A stretch of 64,000 nt of DNA. Origin: a bacterium. GTDB lineage: Bacteria; Omnitrophota; Gorgyraeia; Zapsychrales; Zapsychraceae. Positions 47,074 to 56,935 of this stretch are shown here, piece by piece. The notes below the pieces were generated by a model, which saw only the letters and a program-made list of their open reading frames with translations, searched no databases and was not told the origin of the DNA. The stretch lies in contig JAUIER010000001.1 of NCBI GenBank assembly GCA_030429765.1, forward strand, positions 129,302 to 193,301, written 5' to 3'. The position numbers were made by a program, and so were the translations under genes. Position 1 is the stretch's first letter; each line of letters begins with the position of its first letter.

Positions 47074-49155
47074 ATGCCGCAAAAATTTCTCATTCCAAGC
47101 TTGATAGCCGTTCTGTTGCTGAGCGGCTGTTCAACCTTACCGACATTCTCTCCCCGAGTTCAAAAGCGAACAGCCGCTTTTTGGCTGCAGCAATCCGTGA
47201 ACACTGAAATTGTCGACGCCCGCGTGGCAGACGAGAAAGTCTGGTTGACTTATCACGTTTTTACGGCTGATAGTGATACGGCACAGTTGTTTTATGCACG
47301 CAGTGATCGGATTCAGGCGAATGATGATCCCAATCACGGGCTTGTCATTAGGGATCGTCCTATGAAGTTTCTCTCACCGCAGGATTGGACTGCGGGTAGC
47401 GAAGACGGCGTGCCGGTGGCGATATGGTCGTCGTCGCGCTGGGCTGAATTTATCGGTGAATTTGCCGATGCGATGGCTCCAAGCGATATCAATCATGGCG
47501 TCGTCGTCCGTGACGGGTTACATGAACTGATTTTCTTTCGCGATGTGGACGGACAGACTTCAATTACGGATATCAAAAACAAGCCTGGCCATGTCGCAAT
47601 TGATCAGGTGCTCAGTCAGTCGCAGTATGCTGAAAAGATATCGGCTTCCCTACAGCAGTTTGTGAGTGCCAGATCCATTGCCGATCGTCGATTTATCGTC
47701 GTGGCCGATGACCGGCGTTCGGACGGCCGGATGTTTACCTATATTGATATGGATCGCGGTGCGGGACTGGGGTTGACCGTCCCGGCAGCCAAACAATCCA
47801 AGGGTATCGGCGGCTCGGTCGCCGGAGGGGTCAAGACCGCGGATCAGCTGATTCTCGACGGACAGATGGTTGGAATTGCGACCCGGCCGGTCTCATCAAT
47901 GTTCCGTCTGTATTCGTGGGCGAAGGACACCACGCTGCATACCATTAAACCGCGTCGGATGGTCCAGCAAATCGTGCCGAGCGGACCCCCGCCGCCGATC
48001 GCTCAGCGTGAGGGAATGGATCTCGATGAATTTGACCGCGAACTGGATCGTCTGATCGGGCGTCCGGCAACGAAGGGAACGGTGAAATTTTATATCGGTG
48101 GCGATCAGTATTTTCCCCGCCAGATCGAGGCATTTCAAAATGCCCGCGAATCCATCGATGTACGGATCTTTATTTTCGACAATGATGATTACGCGGTGAA
48201 GATCGCGGACGTCCTCAAACAACGCTCGCGCGATGGCGTTCGGGTCCGGGTGTTGATCGACGGCATCGGGCGGATTATGGGCGAGGGTTCAGTTCCCGAG
48301 GGAATGCCGGCCGGATTTAAACCGCCGGCGTCGATGGTCAAATACCTGAAGAAAGGATCCAATATCGAGGTCCGTGTCCGTCCCAACGCGTGGTTCAAGG
48401 CCGATCATACCAAGGCCATTACGATTGACGGCAAGCTCGCTTATACCGGCGGGATGAATATCGGCCGGGAATACCGTTATGACTGGCATGATCTGATGAT
48501 GCGGGTGGAGGGCTCGATTGTCGACGAGATTCAGCATGAATTTAATATCGCCTGGGCACATGCCGGGCATCTAGGGGATATCGCGTATCTGGCACAGAAA
48601 GTTAACGGCGTCAAGCGGCATGACAGCGTGAATGAAGGGATCAGGATCCGTCCGTTGTACACGCGGGCGGATAATCCGCAAATCTTTAACGCGCAAATGG
48701 CCGCGATTCGCAAGGCCAGGAACTATATCTACGCGGCCAATGCCTATTTCTCCGATCCGAATATCATCAGCGAGCTCATCAAGGCGCGCCGGCGCGGTGT
48801 CGATGTCAGGGTTATCCTGCCGGTCAACGGGAATCATGAGATCATGAACAAGAATAATATCGTGATTGCGAACCGGCTTTTTGCGAACGGCGTGAAGGTT
48901 TATTTTTATCCCGGCATGAGCCATGTTAAGGCGGCGGTTTACGACGGATGGTTATGCACCGGTTCAGCCAATTTTGACAAGCTCAGTTTTATTGACAATC
49001 TGGAATTCAATCTCGCCATATCCGATCCCGCCACTGTTGATCAAATCGTCGAGGATTTATTCGAAGCCGACTTTAAAAAATCCGCGTTGATGACGGCGCC
49101 TTTAAAGAGCAATATCCGAAATCTGCTGGCCACGGTGCTGGCCGGTCAGCTCTAG
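47074..49155 (+). CDS. Phospholipase D/cardiolipin synthase-like lipoprotein
   Basis: Lipobox LSGC; two HKD motifs (HTKAITID, HVKAAVYD); GGMNIG; GSANFD. Confidence 0.88.
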   Translation: MPQKFLIPSLIAVLLLSGCSTLPTFSPRVQKRTAAFWLQQSVNTEIVDARVADEKVWLTYHVFTADSDTAQLFYARSDRIQANDDPNHGLVIRDRPMKFLSPQDWTAGSEDGVPVAIWSSSRWAEFIGEFADAMAPSDINHGVVVRDGLHELIFFRDVDGQTSITDIKNKPGHVAIDQVLSQSQYAEKISASLQQFVSARSIADRRFIVVADDRRSDGRMFTYIDMDRGAGLGLTVPAAKQSKGIGGSVAGGVKTADQLILDGQMVGIATRPVSSMFRLYSWAKDTTLHTIKPRRMVQQIVPSGPPPPIAQREGMDLDEFDRELDRLIGRPATKGTVKFYIGGDQYFPRQIEAFQNARESIDVRIFIFDNDDYAVKIADVLKQRSRDGVRVRVLIDGIGRIMGEGSVPEGMPAGFKPPASMVKYLKKGSNIEVRVRPNAWFKADHTKAITIDGKLAYTGGMNIGREYRYDWHDLMMRVEGSIVDEIQHEFNIAWAHAGHLGDIAYLAQKVNGVKRHDSVNEGIRIRPLYTRADNPQIFNAQMAAIRKARNYIYAANAYFSDPNIISELIKARRRGVDVRVILPVNGNHEIMNKNNIVIANRLFANGVKVYFYPGMSHVKAAVYDGWLCTGSANFDKLSFIDNLEFNLAISDPATVDQIVEDLFEADFKKSALMTAPLKSNIRNLLATVLAGQL

Positions 49156-49222
49156 CCCGAAATCCGCCAATCCACGCCTGATTGCCGTTGAAATCACTCA
49201 TCACTTTTGATAATATTGAGGT

Positions 49223-50518
49223 ATGAAATTCTGCGCAGATGTTCATGTCCATTCCTATTATTCCCGCGCGACCAGCAAAAATCTCAATCTTGAATATCTG
49301 AATTTATGGGGACAGATCAAAGGGGTCGATGTCATCGGAACCGGAGATTTTACCCATCCGGCATGGTTTGCCGAGATCCGGGACAAACTCGAACCCGCCG
49401 AGGAAGGGCTGTTCCGTCTGAAGCCGGAATTTGCCGCGGTGACCCGTGATCAAGTTCCCCGTGCCTGCCAGCGTGATATACGGTTTATGCTCACCGTTGA
49501 GATTTCCAACATTTACAAACGTCTGGATCGTGTTCGAAAAGTTCACAACTGTGTATTCGCCCCAAGTTTTGACGCCGCCGGTCGTATTCGTCAGTCCCTG
49601 GATAAGATCGGTAATCTTAAATCCGATGGTCGTCCGATTTTGGGATTGGATTCGAGAGATCTATTGGAGATTGTTTTGGAATCTGATCCATTGAGCTATT
49701 TGATCCCGGCGCATATCTGGACGCCATGGTTTTCTGCGATGGGATCCAAGAGTGGTTTTGATCGGATGACGGACTGTTTTGGCGATCTATCCGATCATAT
49801 TTTTGCGGTGGAAACTGGTCTGTCTTCGGACCCGCCGATGAATTGGCGGCTCTCGCAACTCGATCCATATGTGCTTGTCTCGAATGGCGACGCGCATTCT
49901 CCCGGTAAACTGGGACGTGAAGCGACGCTGTATGATACCGAACTGTCTTACCCGGCAATCTATGACGCTCTGAAAAATCATAACACCAATCCCGGTCTGA
50001 TCGGCACGATCGAGTTTTTCCCCGAGGAAGGCAAATATCATTATGACGGACATCGGGCGTGCCAAACGCGCATGCATCCGCGCGATACAAACAAGCACGA
50101 CGGCAAGTGTCCGGTCTGTCAGAAGCCGGTCACCGTCGGTGTGATGGCGCGGGTCGAAGAGTTGGCGGATCAGCCGGAGGGACGTAAGTCGCCGAACTGG
50201 CGGCCGTTTTTCAGTTTGATCCCTTTACCGGAGATCATCTCCGAGGTCGTCGGGGTCGGTCCGAACAGCAAGCGTGTTCAAAAGATCTATTTTGAAATGC
50301 TCAACGCCTTGGGCAGTGAGATGTTTATCCTGATGGACTGTCCGATTGATCAGATTCGGCGTCATTCCGAAGGGCTGATTGCGGAGGCGATTCAGCGCAT
50401 GCGAACCGGTGATGTTAATATCGCCTCAGGATACGATGGAGAGTTTGGAACGATTCATATATTTTCAGACCAAGATCGGGAGGCGCATGCCGCGGCCGAA
50501 CAGCTTACCTTGTTTTAA
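49223..50518 (+). CDS. Endonuclease Q-family (PHP-domain) DNA repair protein
   Basis: DVHVHS, GTGDFTHP, PAHIWTPWF, ETGLSSD, SNGDAHS, GKYHYDGHR.C, CPVC, GYDGEFG. Confidence 0.88.
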   Translation: MKFCADVHVHSYYSRATSKNLNLEYLNLWGQIKGVDVIGTGDFTHPAWFAEIRDKLEPAEEGLFRLKPEFAAVTRDQVPRACQRDIRFMLTVEISNIYKRLDRVRKVHNCVFAPSFDAAGRIRQSLDKIGNLKSDGRPILGLDSRDLLEIVLESDPLSYLIPAHIWTPWFSAMGSKSGFDRMTDCFGDLSDHIFAVETGLSSDPPMNWRLSQLDPYVLVSNGDAHSPGKLGREATLYDTELSYPAIYDALKNHNTNPGLIGTIEFFPEEGKYHYDGHRACQTRMHPRDTNKHDGKCPVCQKPVTVGVMARVEELADQPEGRKSPNWRPFFSLIPLPEIISEVVGVGPNSKRVQKIYFEMLNALGSEMFILMDCPIDQIRRHSEGLIAEAIQRMRTGDVNIASGYDGEFGTIHIFSDQDREAHAAAEQLTLF

Positions 50519-51029
50519 TAAACTTTTCGGATGCGGACTTGTTTTGATGCTGATAAGTTTGACGGGATGTGGGCGGACGGTCTTGAAGTCACATGAATGG
50601 CACACGTCGCCGGAGCACTGGCCTCAATCCAGGATTTATCACACACCTTTTCAATCGGAATTTGCATCACGCATTAAATTGGATCAGGCTCCGTGGCCCG
50701 GTAATCAGGCCGGCATTCGTTCGCCTAATCAGGCCTACCGGTTTTGGACAGGGCCGGTCCATCAATCAGTGAATGGATGGTGGTCGACGACGATCTATGT
50801 TGATCATGAGCGCGATCACGCATTGACAATACAAATCATCGACCACAATCAATGGAATGTTCAGGCCGCATGGATCAATGAAAAATTATTGTATGTGTCG
50901 GTCTGGTGGGGAAGGATTGTCGGCAGTTATTTTATCGTCGATGTTGAACGTGAAAAGATCATATTCAAGGAAATGATGCATGACGGACACATTGCCTATC
51001 AACAATTCCGTAACGCCGCAGCTCAATGA
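50487..51029 (+). CDS. Hypothetical lipoprotein overlapping both neighbours
   Basis: Lipobox LTGC; WINEKLLYVSVWWGRI beta-rich C-terminus; start uncertain. Confidence 0.55.
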   Translation: MPRPNSLPCFNKLFGCGLVLMLISLTGCGRTVLKSHEWHTSPEHWPQSRIYHTPFQSEFASRIKLDQAPWPGNQAGIRSPNQAYRFWTGPVHQSVNGWWSTTIYVDHERDHALTIQIIDHNQWNVQAAWINEKLLYVSVWWGRIVGSYFIVDVEREKIIFKEMMHDGHIAYQQFRNAAAQ

Positions 51030-52515
51030 GGCACAGCGGACTGCCGTTGATTATGACGGTGGTCATTTGCTGATCGTCGCGGGGCCCGGCACGGGGAAAA
51101 CGCATACGCTGACACACCGCATCCGTCGCTGTCTCGATGATATGGATCCGGGGCAGCATATCCTTGCCATTACCTTTACCAAAAAAGCGGCGCAGGAAAT
51201 GCGCGACCGCCTGCAGGAGGCCGATGCCGGAGAACGATTGAACGTCGGGACATTCCATCAGTTTGGCTTGGAGGTGCTCAAACAGTATTCTGTTGAACTG
51301 GCGGATATCGACGTGGCGGATCCTGAACAGATTGATCTGCGGCTCGCTCAAGAATGTCCGGACCTATCGGCGCGTGATCGTAAACATTGGATCCAGCGCG
51401 TCACTCGGTTTAAGTCGGATTTTGAAATTTCAGACATCCCGACGGAAATTTTGCAGTATAATAAGATCCTGCGGGAAGCGGGATGGATGGACTTTGACGA
51501 TGTCCTGATCGAAACGGTCAGGCTTCTGCGGGAAGATCAATCCGTACGGCAGGCCCTACAGGCTCGCTACCGGGCGGTTTTTGTCGATGAATATCAGGAT
51601 GTCAATGCCGTTCAGCGGGAATTGCTGCGGTTATTGATCGGGCCTGATAACCGTTTGACCGCGATCGGCGATCCCAATCAGGCCATTTATGGATTTCGTG
51701 GATCGAGTGTGACATATTTCTATGCGTTCAGCAAAGATTTTCCCGGTGCGGTGACGATGAACTTATCGGAGAACTACCGCAGCGCCGCCAATATCCTTTC
51801 AGCGTCGACGCAGGTCATCGCGTCGCGCTCGGATCCGGCTATTCAGGGATTAACGGCCCACATCCTCAAGCACGGCCGGCTTTTTATCGAACAATCGGCC
51901 ACGCCGAAGGCTGAGGCTGAATATGTGGTCCATCAGATTGAAAAACTCATCGGCGGGACGTCGATGTATTCATCCGACACCGGACGCGTCGGATATGACG
52001 ACGACGCCCTGATCAGTTTTGGAGATATTGCCGTTTTGTTCCGGCTGAACTATCAGCGTCACGCGCTGATCCAGGCTTTTGATCGAATGGGGATTCCGTA
52101 CCATGTTCCGATGAAGATCGGCGCAGCGGACGACGATCTCCCGGGGCCGCTGGGCGATGTTGAAAAAGAGTATCAACACGAACGGGTGACCTTGATGTCG
52201 CTGCACGCGTCCAAGGGGTTGGAATTCCCGGCGGTATTCATCGTGGGATGCGAGCAGAGGTTGATCCCGCTGGATATCGAGGGCTTGTCGAGTGATCCGG
52301 ACGATGAACGGCGGTTGTTTTATGTCGGGATGACGCGGGCCAAGCAATGGCTGTACTTGTCACACTGCGCGCGGCGCAGTTTGTTCGGCCGTTCGTATGA
52401 TCCTCTGCCGTCACCGTATTTATCCGATATCGAGGACCGGCTTAAGGAGTATCACGAACGTCGGCAGGCTCACAGCCGGCGAAAGAAGAACGAAAAACAA
52501 ATCGAACTGTTTTAA
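50980..52515 (+). CDS. UvrD/PcrA-like SF1 helicase (compact)
   Basis: LNEAQ, AGPGTGKT, DEYQD, GDPNQAIYGFRG, NYRS, SLHASKGLEF, ERRLFYVGMTRA. Confidence 0.9.
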   Translation: MTDTLPINNSVTPQLNEAQRTAVDYDGGHLLIVAGPGTGKTHTLTHRIRRCLDDMDPGQHILAITFTKKAAQEMRDRLQEADAGERLNVGTFHQFGLEVLKQYSVELADIDVADPEQIDLRLAQECPDLSARDRKHWIQRVTRFKSDFEISDIPTEILQYNKILREAGWMDFDDVLIETVRLLREDQSVRQALQARYRAVFVDEYQDVNAVQRELLRLLIGPDNRLTAIGDPNQAIYGFRGSSVTYFYAFSKDFPGAVTMNLSENYRSAANILSASTQVIASRSDPAIQGLTAHILKHGRLFIEQSATPKAEAEYVVHQIEKLIGGTSMYSSDTGRVGYDDDALISFGDIAVLFRLNYQRHALIQAFDRMGIPYHVPMKIGAADDDLPGPLGDVEKEYQHERVTLMSLHASKGLEFPAVFIVGCEQRLIPLDIEGLSSDPDDERRLFYVGMTRAKQWLYLSHCARRSLFGRSYDPLPSPYLSDIEDRLKEYHERRQAHSRRKKNEKQIELF

Positions 52516-52529
52516 ATAAGGAGTTTATT

Positions 52530-53027
52530 ATGCGGACATTTTCATTCACCACGGTTATCATCACCGCTGTCGTTTTATGTGGCGTGAGTTTGGACCAGGC
52601 GTATGCACAGAGTAATTACCGGGGCCGGGCTTCACGAAGTTCATCAAGCCTGCTCAAAGAAAAGTTTTCCAGCAAGCAGCGGATGCTGATCAAGAACAAG
52701 GAGAAGTTGGGACTGTCGGATGATCAAGTGGCGCGACTGGAGCAGCTCAAGGCCAACCTGGAAAAGGGTAATGTCATGAAAGAGGCCCAGATTCAGGTGA
52801 TCGATATTGATCTGCGGTCGATGCTGGCAGCGGACGTCGTGGATCTGAACAAGGTCAATCAACTGATCGACGCCAAGTTTGAATTTGAAAAAGCGCGTGT
52901 CAAGGAAGAGGCTCAGGCCTATGCCGAACTCAAGTCTATTCTGGACCCGCAGCAGCGTCGGGCAATGAAGAATCATCGCGAGATCTACCGCGGGCCGTAC
53001 AATCGCGGTGCTGAGGACGACGAGTAG
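52530..53027 (+). CDS. Spy/CpxP-like periplasmic helical protein
   Basis: Signal peptide; LGLSDDQ and ILDPQQR (LTxxQ-like) motifs. Confidence 0.7.
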   Translation: MRTFSFTTVIITAVVLCGVSLDQAYAQSNYRGRASRSSSSLLKEKFSSKQRMLIKNKEKLGLSDDQVARLEQLKANLEKGNVMKEAQIQVIDIDLRSMLAADVVDLNKVNQLIDAKFEFEKARVKEEAQAYAELKSILDPQQRRAMKNHREIYRGPYNRGAEDDE

Positions 53028-53037
53028 GGCCGGCTAA

Positions 53038-53601
53038 ATGCGGATCGTCCGGCAGGTATTTATGGAACCCGCGCGCCGCTGGGCGCGGGGACGGATCCCC
53101 TGGATTCGGTTACCATTATTGCTGTGGTTCGCGTGGGTGTTGTTTCAGCATTTGATCAATCCTGACTACCAGAGTATTCTGGACCCATTGAATCTGGGGA
53201 TACATGAATTCGGTCATCTGGTGTTTTCCATCGGCGGCGAATTTTTGGGGTTTCTCGGCGGGACGCTGATGCAGTTGATCGCGCCGGCGTACGGGATCTA
53301 CAACTTTTTCCGTCAGGAAGATTATTTCTCGATCACGCTGTGCTTCGGGTGGCTGTCCACCAACCTGTTTGACATCGCGGTTTATGTCGCGGACGCCCGC
53401 GCGCAGGCCCTGCAGTTGGTCACGCCGTTTGGCGGTCATCCTATTCACGATTGGCATTATATTCTCGGCCGGTTGAACTGGCTCGAATACGATCAGACGT
53501 TGGCGATGATGTTGCGGGGGCTGGCCGTTGTGTCGATGATCATCGGTTTATGGTCCGGCGGATGGGTGTTGTGGCAGATGGTTCGGCAAAAATCGGCCTG
53601 A
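53038..53601 (+). CDS. Membrane protein with HExxH motif (M50-like)
   Basis: GIHEFGHL, GGTLMQL, HDW. Confidence 0.65.
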   Translation: MRIVRQVFMEPARRWARGRIPWIRLPLLLWFAWVLFQHLINPDYQSILDPLNLGIHEFGHLVFSIGGEFLGFLGGTLMQLIAPAYGIYNFFRQEDYFSITLCFGWLSTNLFDIAVYVADARAQALQLVTPFGGHPIHDWHYILGRLNWLEYDQTLAMMLRGLAVVSMIIGLWSGGWVLWQMVRQKSA

Positions 53602-53628
53602 GTGTTATAAAGCTAAAACGGAGGATAT

Positions 53629-53991
53629 ATGGCGACACACATTAAACAACCGACACAGGTTGAAGCAGCCGGCAATAAGCCTAAAATCATTAAGGAATTT
53701 ATAGGACGGGTCAATTCAGACACCGAGCGGGCCAGTGTGGCGCATATGAATAGTCCAGCCGGGTGGGTGGAACCGGGACAGACGCCGGATTTTGATGAAT
53801 ACACGGTGGTTCTCAATGGTCGACTGCATGTCAAAACGGCCAAAGAAGAATTTGATGTCGCGGCAGGCGAAGCCGTTATCGCGCATAAAGGTGAATGGAT
53901 TCAATACAGCACACCCACCGAGGGGGCGGAATATATCGCGGTGTGTGTGCCGGCGTTTTCGATGGATACCGTCCATCGGGATGAAGAATAA
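53629..53991 (+). CDS. Cupin-domain protein
   Basis: PKIIKEFIGRVN, GWVEPGQTPDFDEY, VCVPAFS. Confidence 0.8.
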   Translation: MATHIKQPTQVEAAGNKPKIIKEFIGRVNSDTERASVAHMNSPAGWVEPGQTPDFDEYTVVLNGRLHVKTAKEEFDVAAGEAVIAHKGEWIQYSTPTEGAEYIAVCVPAFSMDTVHRDEE

Positions 53992-53993
53992 AT

Positions 53994-54314
53994 ATGAAGG
54001 CCCTGACAAAAAAACAAATTGTATTTTTACTAGGGTATCCGTTTGTGCATTGCGTGCTGGGGGTGGTGGCCGTGCTGATGGCGCTGCAGGCCGGATTTGA
54101 TCAGATCGAACAGCCGGCGACGCAATGGGAGACATTGATCGCGGCGTTTGGGACGGGATTATTTCATATCCTGATCGCGCCGATTTTGCTGCTCAAATGG
54201 ATGGGGTTGACGTTGCCCTCGGAAGGATATATCGACTATTTTTGGCTGTATCTGACCGGGGTCCTGTATTCGTTTGCGATCGTCTATTATCATAAATGGA
54301 GGACCGGGCGCTAG
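53994..54314 (+). CDS. Small membrane protein
   Basis: Three hydrophobic helices; operonic spacing. Confidence 0.55.
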   Translation: MKALTKKQIVFLLGYPFVHCVLGVVAVLMALQAGFDQIEQPATQWETLIAAFGTGLFHILIAPILLLKWMGLTLPSEGYIDYFWLYLTGVLYSFAIVYYHKWRTGR

Positions 54315-54371
54315 ATTTGAAGGGGGATCTCGACGGTGAGGCGGGCCTGCAGCACGGGATAAATATTTCTG

Positions 54372-54400
54372 TTGACAAAGCGGAGGAGTTCGGGCATACT
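54372..54400 (+). promoter_or_regulatory. Sigma70 promoter of csp
   Basis: TTGACA-17 nt-CATACT. Confidence 0.75.
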
Positions 54401-54530
54401 TGTGCATGAGTAAATCAGTAGAGAAGAACACCGTTATCCGTGAGTTCGAAGTTCCTGATCTCGCGGATTTTTTTGTAGTTCCATCTGTCATTGTTTACTC
54501 GAAGTTTTTGTTGAAAGGAGGTAGTAAATT

Positions 54531-54731
54531 ATGGCAACAGGAACAGTAAAATGGTTTAACGACCAAAAAGGTTTTGGTTTTATCACATCGGAATCAGGTG
54601 GTGACGTTTTCGTTCATCATTCAGAAATCCAAGGTGAAGGTTACAAAACTCTGAAGGAAGGTCAAGCGGTTGAATTTGATATCGTTGACGGACCTAAAGG
54701 GGACCAAGCCAAGAACGTTGTGAAATCATAA
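54531..54731 (+). CDS. csp: Cold-shock protein
   Basis: [15 protein letters not shown] (RNP1), DVFVHHS (RNP2); SD AAAGGAGG. Confidence 0.97.
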   Translation: MATGTVKWFNDQKGFGFITSESGGDVFVHHSEIQGEGYKTLKEGQAVEFDIVDGPKGDQAKNVVKS

Positions 54732-54750
54732 CGTAATTTGAATCAAAATC

Positions 54751-54784
54751 GGCCCGGTTTACATATGTAAGCCGGGCCTTTTTT
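54751..54784 (+). terminator. csp terminator
   Basis: GGCCCGGTTTACA/TGTAAGCCGGGCC followed by a T-run. Confidence 0.88.
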
Positions 54785-54850
54785 GTGTCTGCTATCCTCA
54801 TGTTGAAGTCTGGCGCCACTTGCACTATAATAGGTAGAAAAGGGGGGAGC

Positions 54851-55279
54851 ATGCGAAACTTTATTATGTTGTGTTTGATGTCCGGGTTGTGCCTGAGCGC
54901 CGGACCCGCCAATGCCGCGCTCATACGGACTACCGAACTCGAAGCATCCGCACCGGAGGCCCGTGATATTATCCGGATCGCCAAATTCAAGAAAGACAAG
55001 AAACGGACATCATCGTTTTCCAAATCCAAAAACCGCAAAAAACTCAAGAAACGAAATCAAGCAAGCCACAAGAAAAAAGCCAAGACCCGGGCGAGGGACA
55101 AGAGAAATACAGCCACAGGTCTGCTTGACGATTCGTCCCATCGCGATCGAAGATTAAAGCGGAAGCCCAGATCGTTCAGCCGAAAGGACAAGCTTGATTT
55201 GATTGACGGACGCCGATATTACCAGTTGGACGGTTATCATCGAAAGAAAAGGTCCCAAGAATCTTTTAAAAAGAACTAA
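54851..55279 (+). CDS. Signal-peptide protein, extremely Lys/Arg-rich
   Basis: ATG 54851 with G-rich SD; signal ending ANA; basic low-complexity body. Confidence 0.6.
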   Translation: MRNFIMLCLMSGLCLSAGPANAALIRTTELEASAPEARDIIRIAKFKKDKKRTSSFSKSKNRKKLKKRNQASHKKKAKTRARDKRNTATGLLDDSSHRDRRLKRKPRSFSRKDKLDLIDGRRYYQLDGYHRKKRSQESFKKN

Positions 55280-55344
55280 TTCGGGGCTATTTTCCCGAGA
55301 GATGTTTAGCTGCCATGAAGAACCAGTGTAGGGAGGGAATACGA

Positions 55345-55812
55345 ATGTCCATGAATCGGATCGGGCATATTCCGATAACAATCGGGGTATGTCTATTACT
55401 AACGCTGCTGGCTGACACTGTCGGTGCGGCGATGATTAAGTTTACCTCTGGAAAGACAGAGAATTGTAAGATAGTCAAACGGGGTCAAGACCGCTTGTTA
55501 CTGCTCACACCGCAGGGACATAAAATCATACCTTATGATGATATACGCAGTATTCAAAAAGGCTTGGACGAGCAAAGTAGCGTCATTGGTCCGATAATAG
55601 CCGATTTCAAAAGATACAAGCGGGCGCAAAGAAAGGCAGGTACATCGCCCGAAGCCATACGTCGACAAAAGAAAAAACAATTGGCCGAAAACAAGCGACG
55701 GCGACGAGGTCGGTTTACCGGAAGATACGGAGAGGATGCCAGAAAACATATGAGGTATCAAAGACAGAATCGAAAATATGAGGATGCCAAGAAGAATGGA
55801 AAGTTGTACTAG
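55345..55812 (+). CDS. Signal-peptide protein with a small beta domain and a basic tail
   Basis: SD GGGAGG; IKFTSGK...IPYDDIRSIQKGL; Arg/Lys-rich tail. Confidence 0.6.
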   Translation: MSMNRIGHIPITIGVCLLLTLLADTVGAAMIKFTSGKTENCKIVKRGQDRLLLLTPQGHKIIPYDDIRSIQKGLDEQSSVIGPIIADFKRYKRAQRKAGTSPEAIRRQKKKQLAENKRRRRGRFTGRYGEDARKHMRYQRQNRKYEDAKKNGKLY

Positions 55813-55819
55813 TAAACAG

Positions 55820-56281
55820 GTGTCTGCAATTTCGGTGCTCAAGTTGACGGTTGCTTTTATGGTTGTCGTGTGTATGGTTGTATCGAGAGCCGAAGCCGTA
55901 ACGGTAAGATTAACGTCCGGCAAGGTCGTTCGAGGACCGGTTGTGGGTATCGACACCGGTTTGGGAAATTTCACACTTCGGACCGATCAAGGACTTTTCC
56001 ACATTAAGTATGAACATGTCGGTTCGATTAGCAAAGGCCTTGGCGAAAATGATAAGATCACCAACAGACTTATCAAAAGCGTTGAAGAACGGCAGAGGTC
56101 CATAAAGAACTTCAGACGGAATCCGCGGAAGGAGTCCCGACGCCGGGCCCGGAAGATCGATAATGCAATTCGAGAGTCCCAACGAAGATCTGGTGTCGGT
56201 CTAAGAAATTCAAGGAATCAAAACTCACCTATCTCCAAGCAGCTGCAGAAACGGCTTAAGGAGAGGGATCGGCTTCGATAG
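55820..56281 (+). CDS. Paralogue of the preceding gene (start uncertain)
   Basis: Signal ending AEA; VRLTSGK...IKYEHVGSISKGL; Arg-rich tail. Confidence 0.6.
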   Translation: MSAISVLKLTVAFMVVVCMVVSRAEAVTVRLTSGKVVRGPVVGIDTGLGNFTLRTDQGLFHIKYEHVGSISKGLGENDKITNRLIKSVEERQRSIKNFRRNPRKESRRRARKIDNAIRESQRRSGVGLRNSRNQNSPISKQLQKRLKERDRLR

Positions 56282-56476
56282 GCCGATGTTGCTACGTATC
56301 TGACAATTTCACGAGTTGGCAACAAGACGCCAAGGCTTTTTTCTGCTCTCATCAATATCCCAAAACCGCAAGCGCTACAACATGAGCGGCTATCACCAAA
56401 AGAAACGGTCGGGGGATTCGTATATTAAAGATTAAGATACAGTGGATTAGTTACAGTCAATAGGAGTTGTAATCAC

Positions 56477-56872
56477 GTGAATCAGGCGCTGAAGTGTATA
56501 TTAGCACTTATTCCACTTATTATTCTTTCATTTATGTTGCCCATGGTAACAAATATCCCTGGCGACGATACGGTTATTCATAATCACAATTATTTCTTGA
56601 GCGCTATAAATTTGATATTTTATTCGGGTGTATTTAGCTATCCGGCATACCTATACGTTCTATTGCTCGATACGGACAAACCATTGAAAAAATCACTTAT
56701 TAGAGATTTCTGGGTACGGTTAAGTTTTTTGATGGCAGGGTTGGATTGCATTCTTGGAATCTATTTTAGTGCATATATGATGGTTATATTTGCAATGTTC
56801 GGACTAATAGCCTTAATCGTAATTATTCGTTTACTATTCAAGTACGAAAAATTGTCGACTCAAGGAGTTTAA
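56477..56872 (+). CDS. AT-rich membrane protein (4 TM)
   Basis: SD AGGAG; hydrophobic helices. Confidence 0.55.
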   Translation: MNQALKCILALIPLIILSFMLPMVTNIPGDDTVIHNHNYFLSAINLIFYSGVFSYPAYLYVLLLDTDKPLKKSLIRDFWVRLSFLMAGLDCILGIYFSAYMMVIFAMFGLIALIVIIRLLFKYEKLSTQGV

Positions 56873-56935
56873 TCTTTACGATGTGTAGTGCAGAGGAGAT
56901 TACTTTTTGATAGATTTTAAGAGGGTATAACCCGT

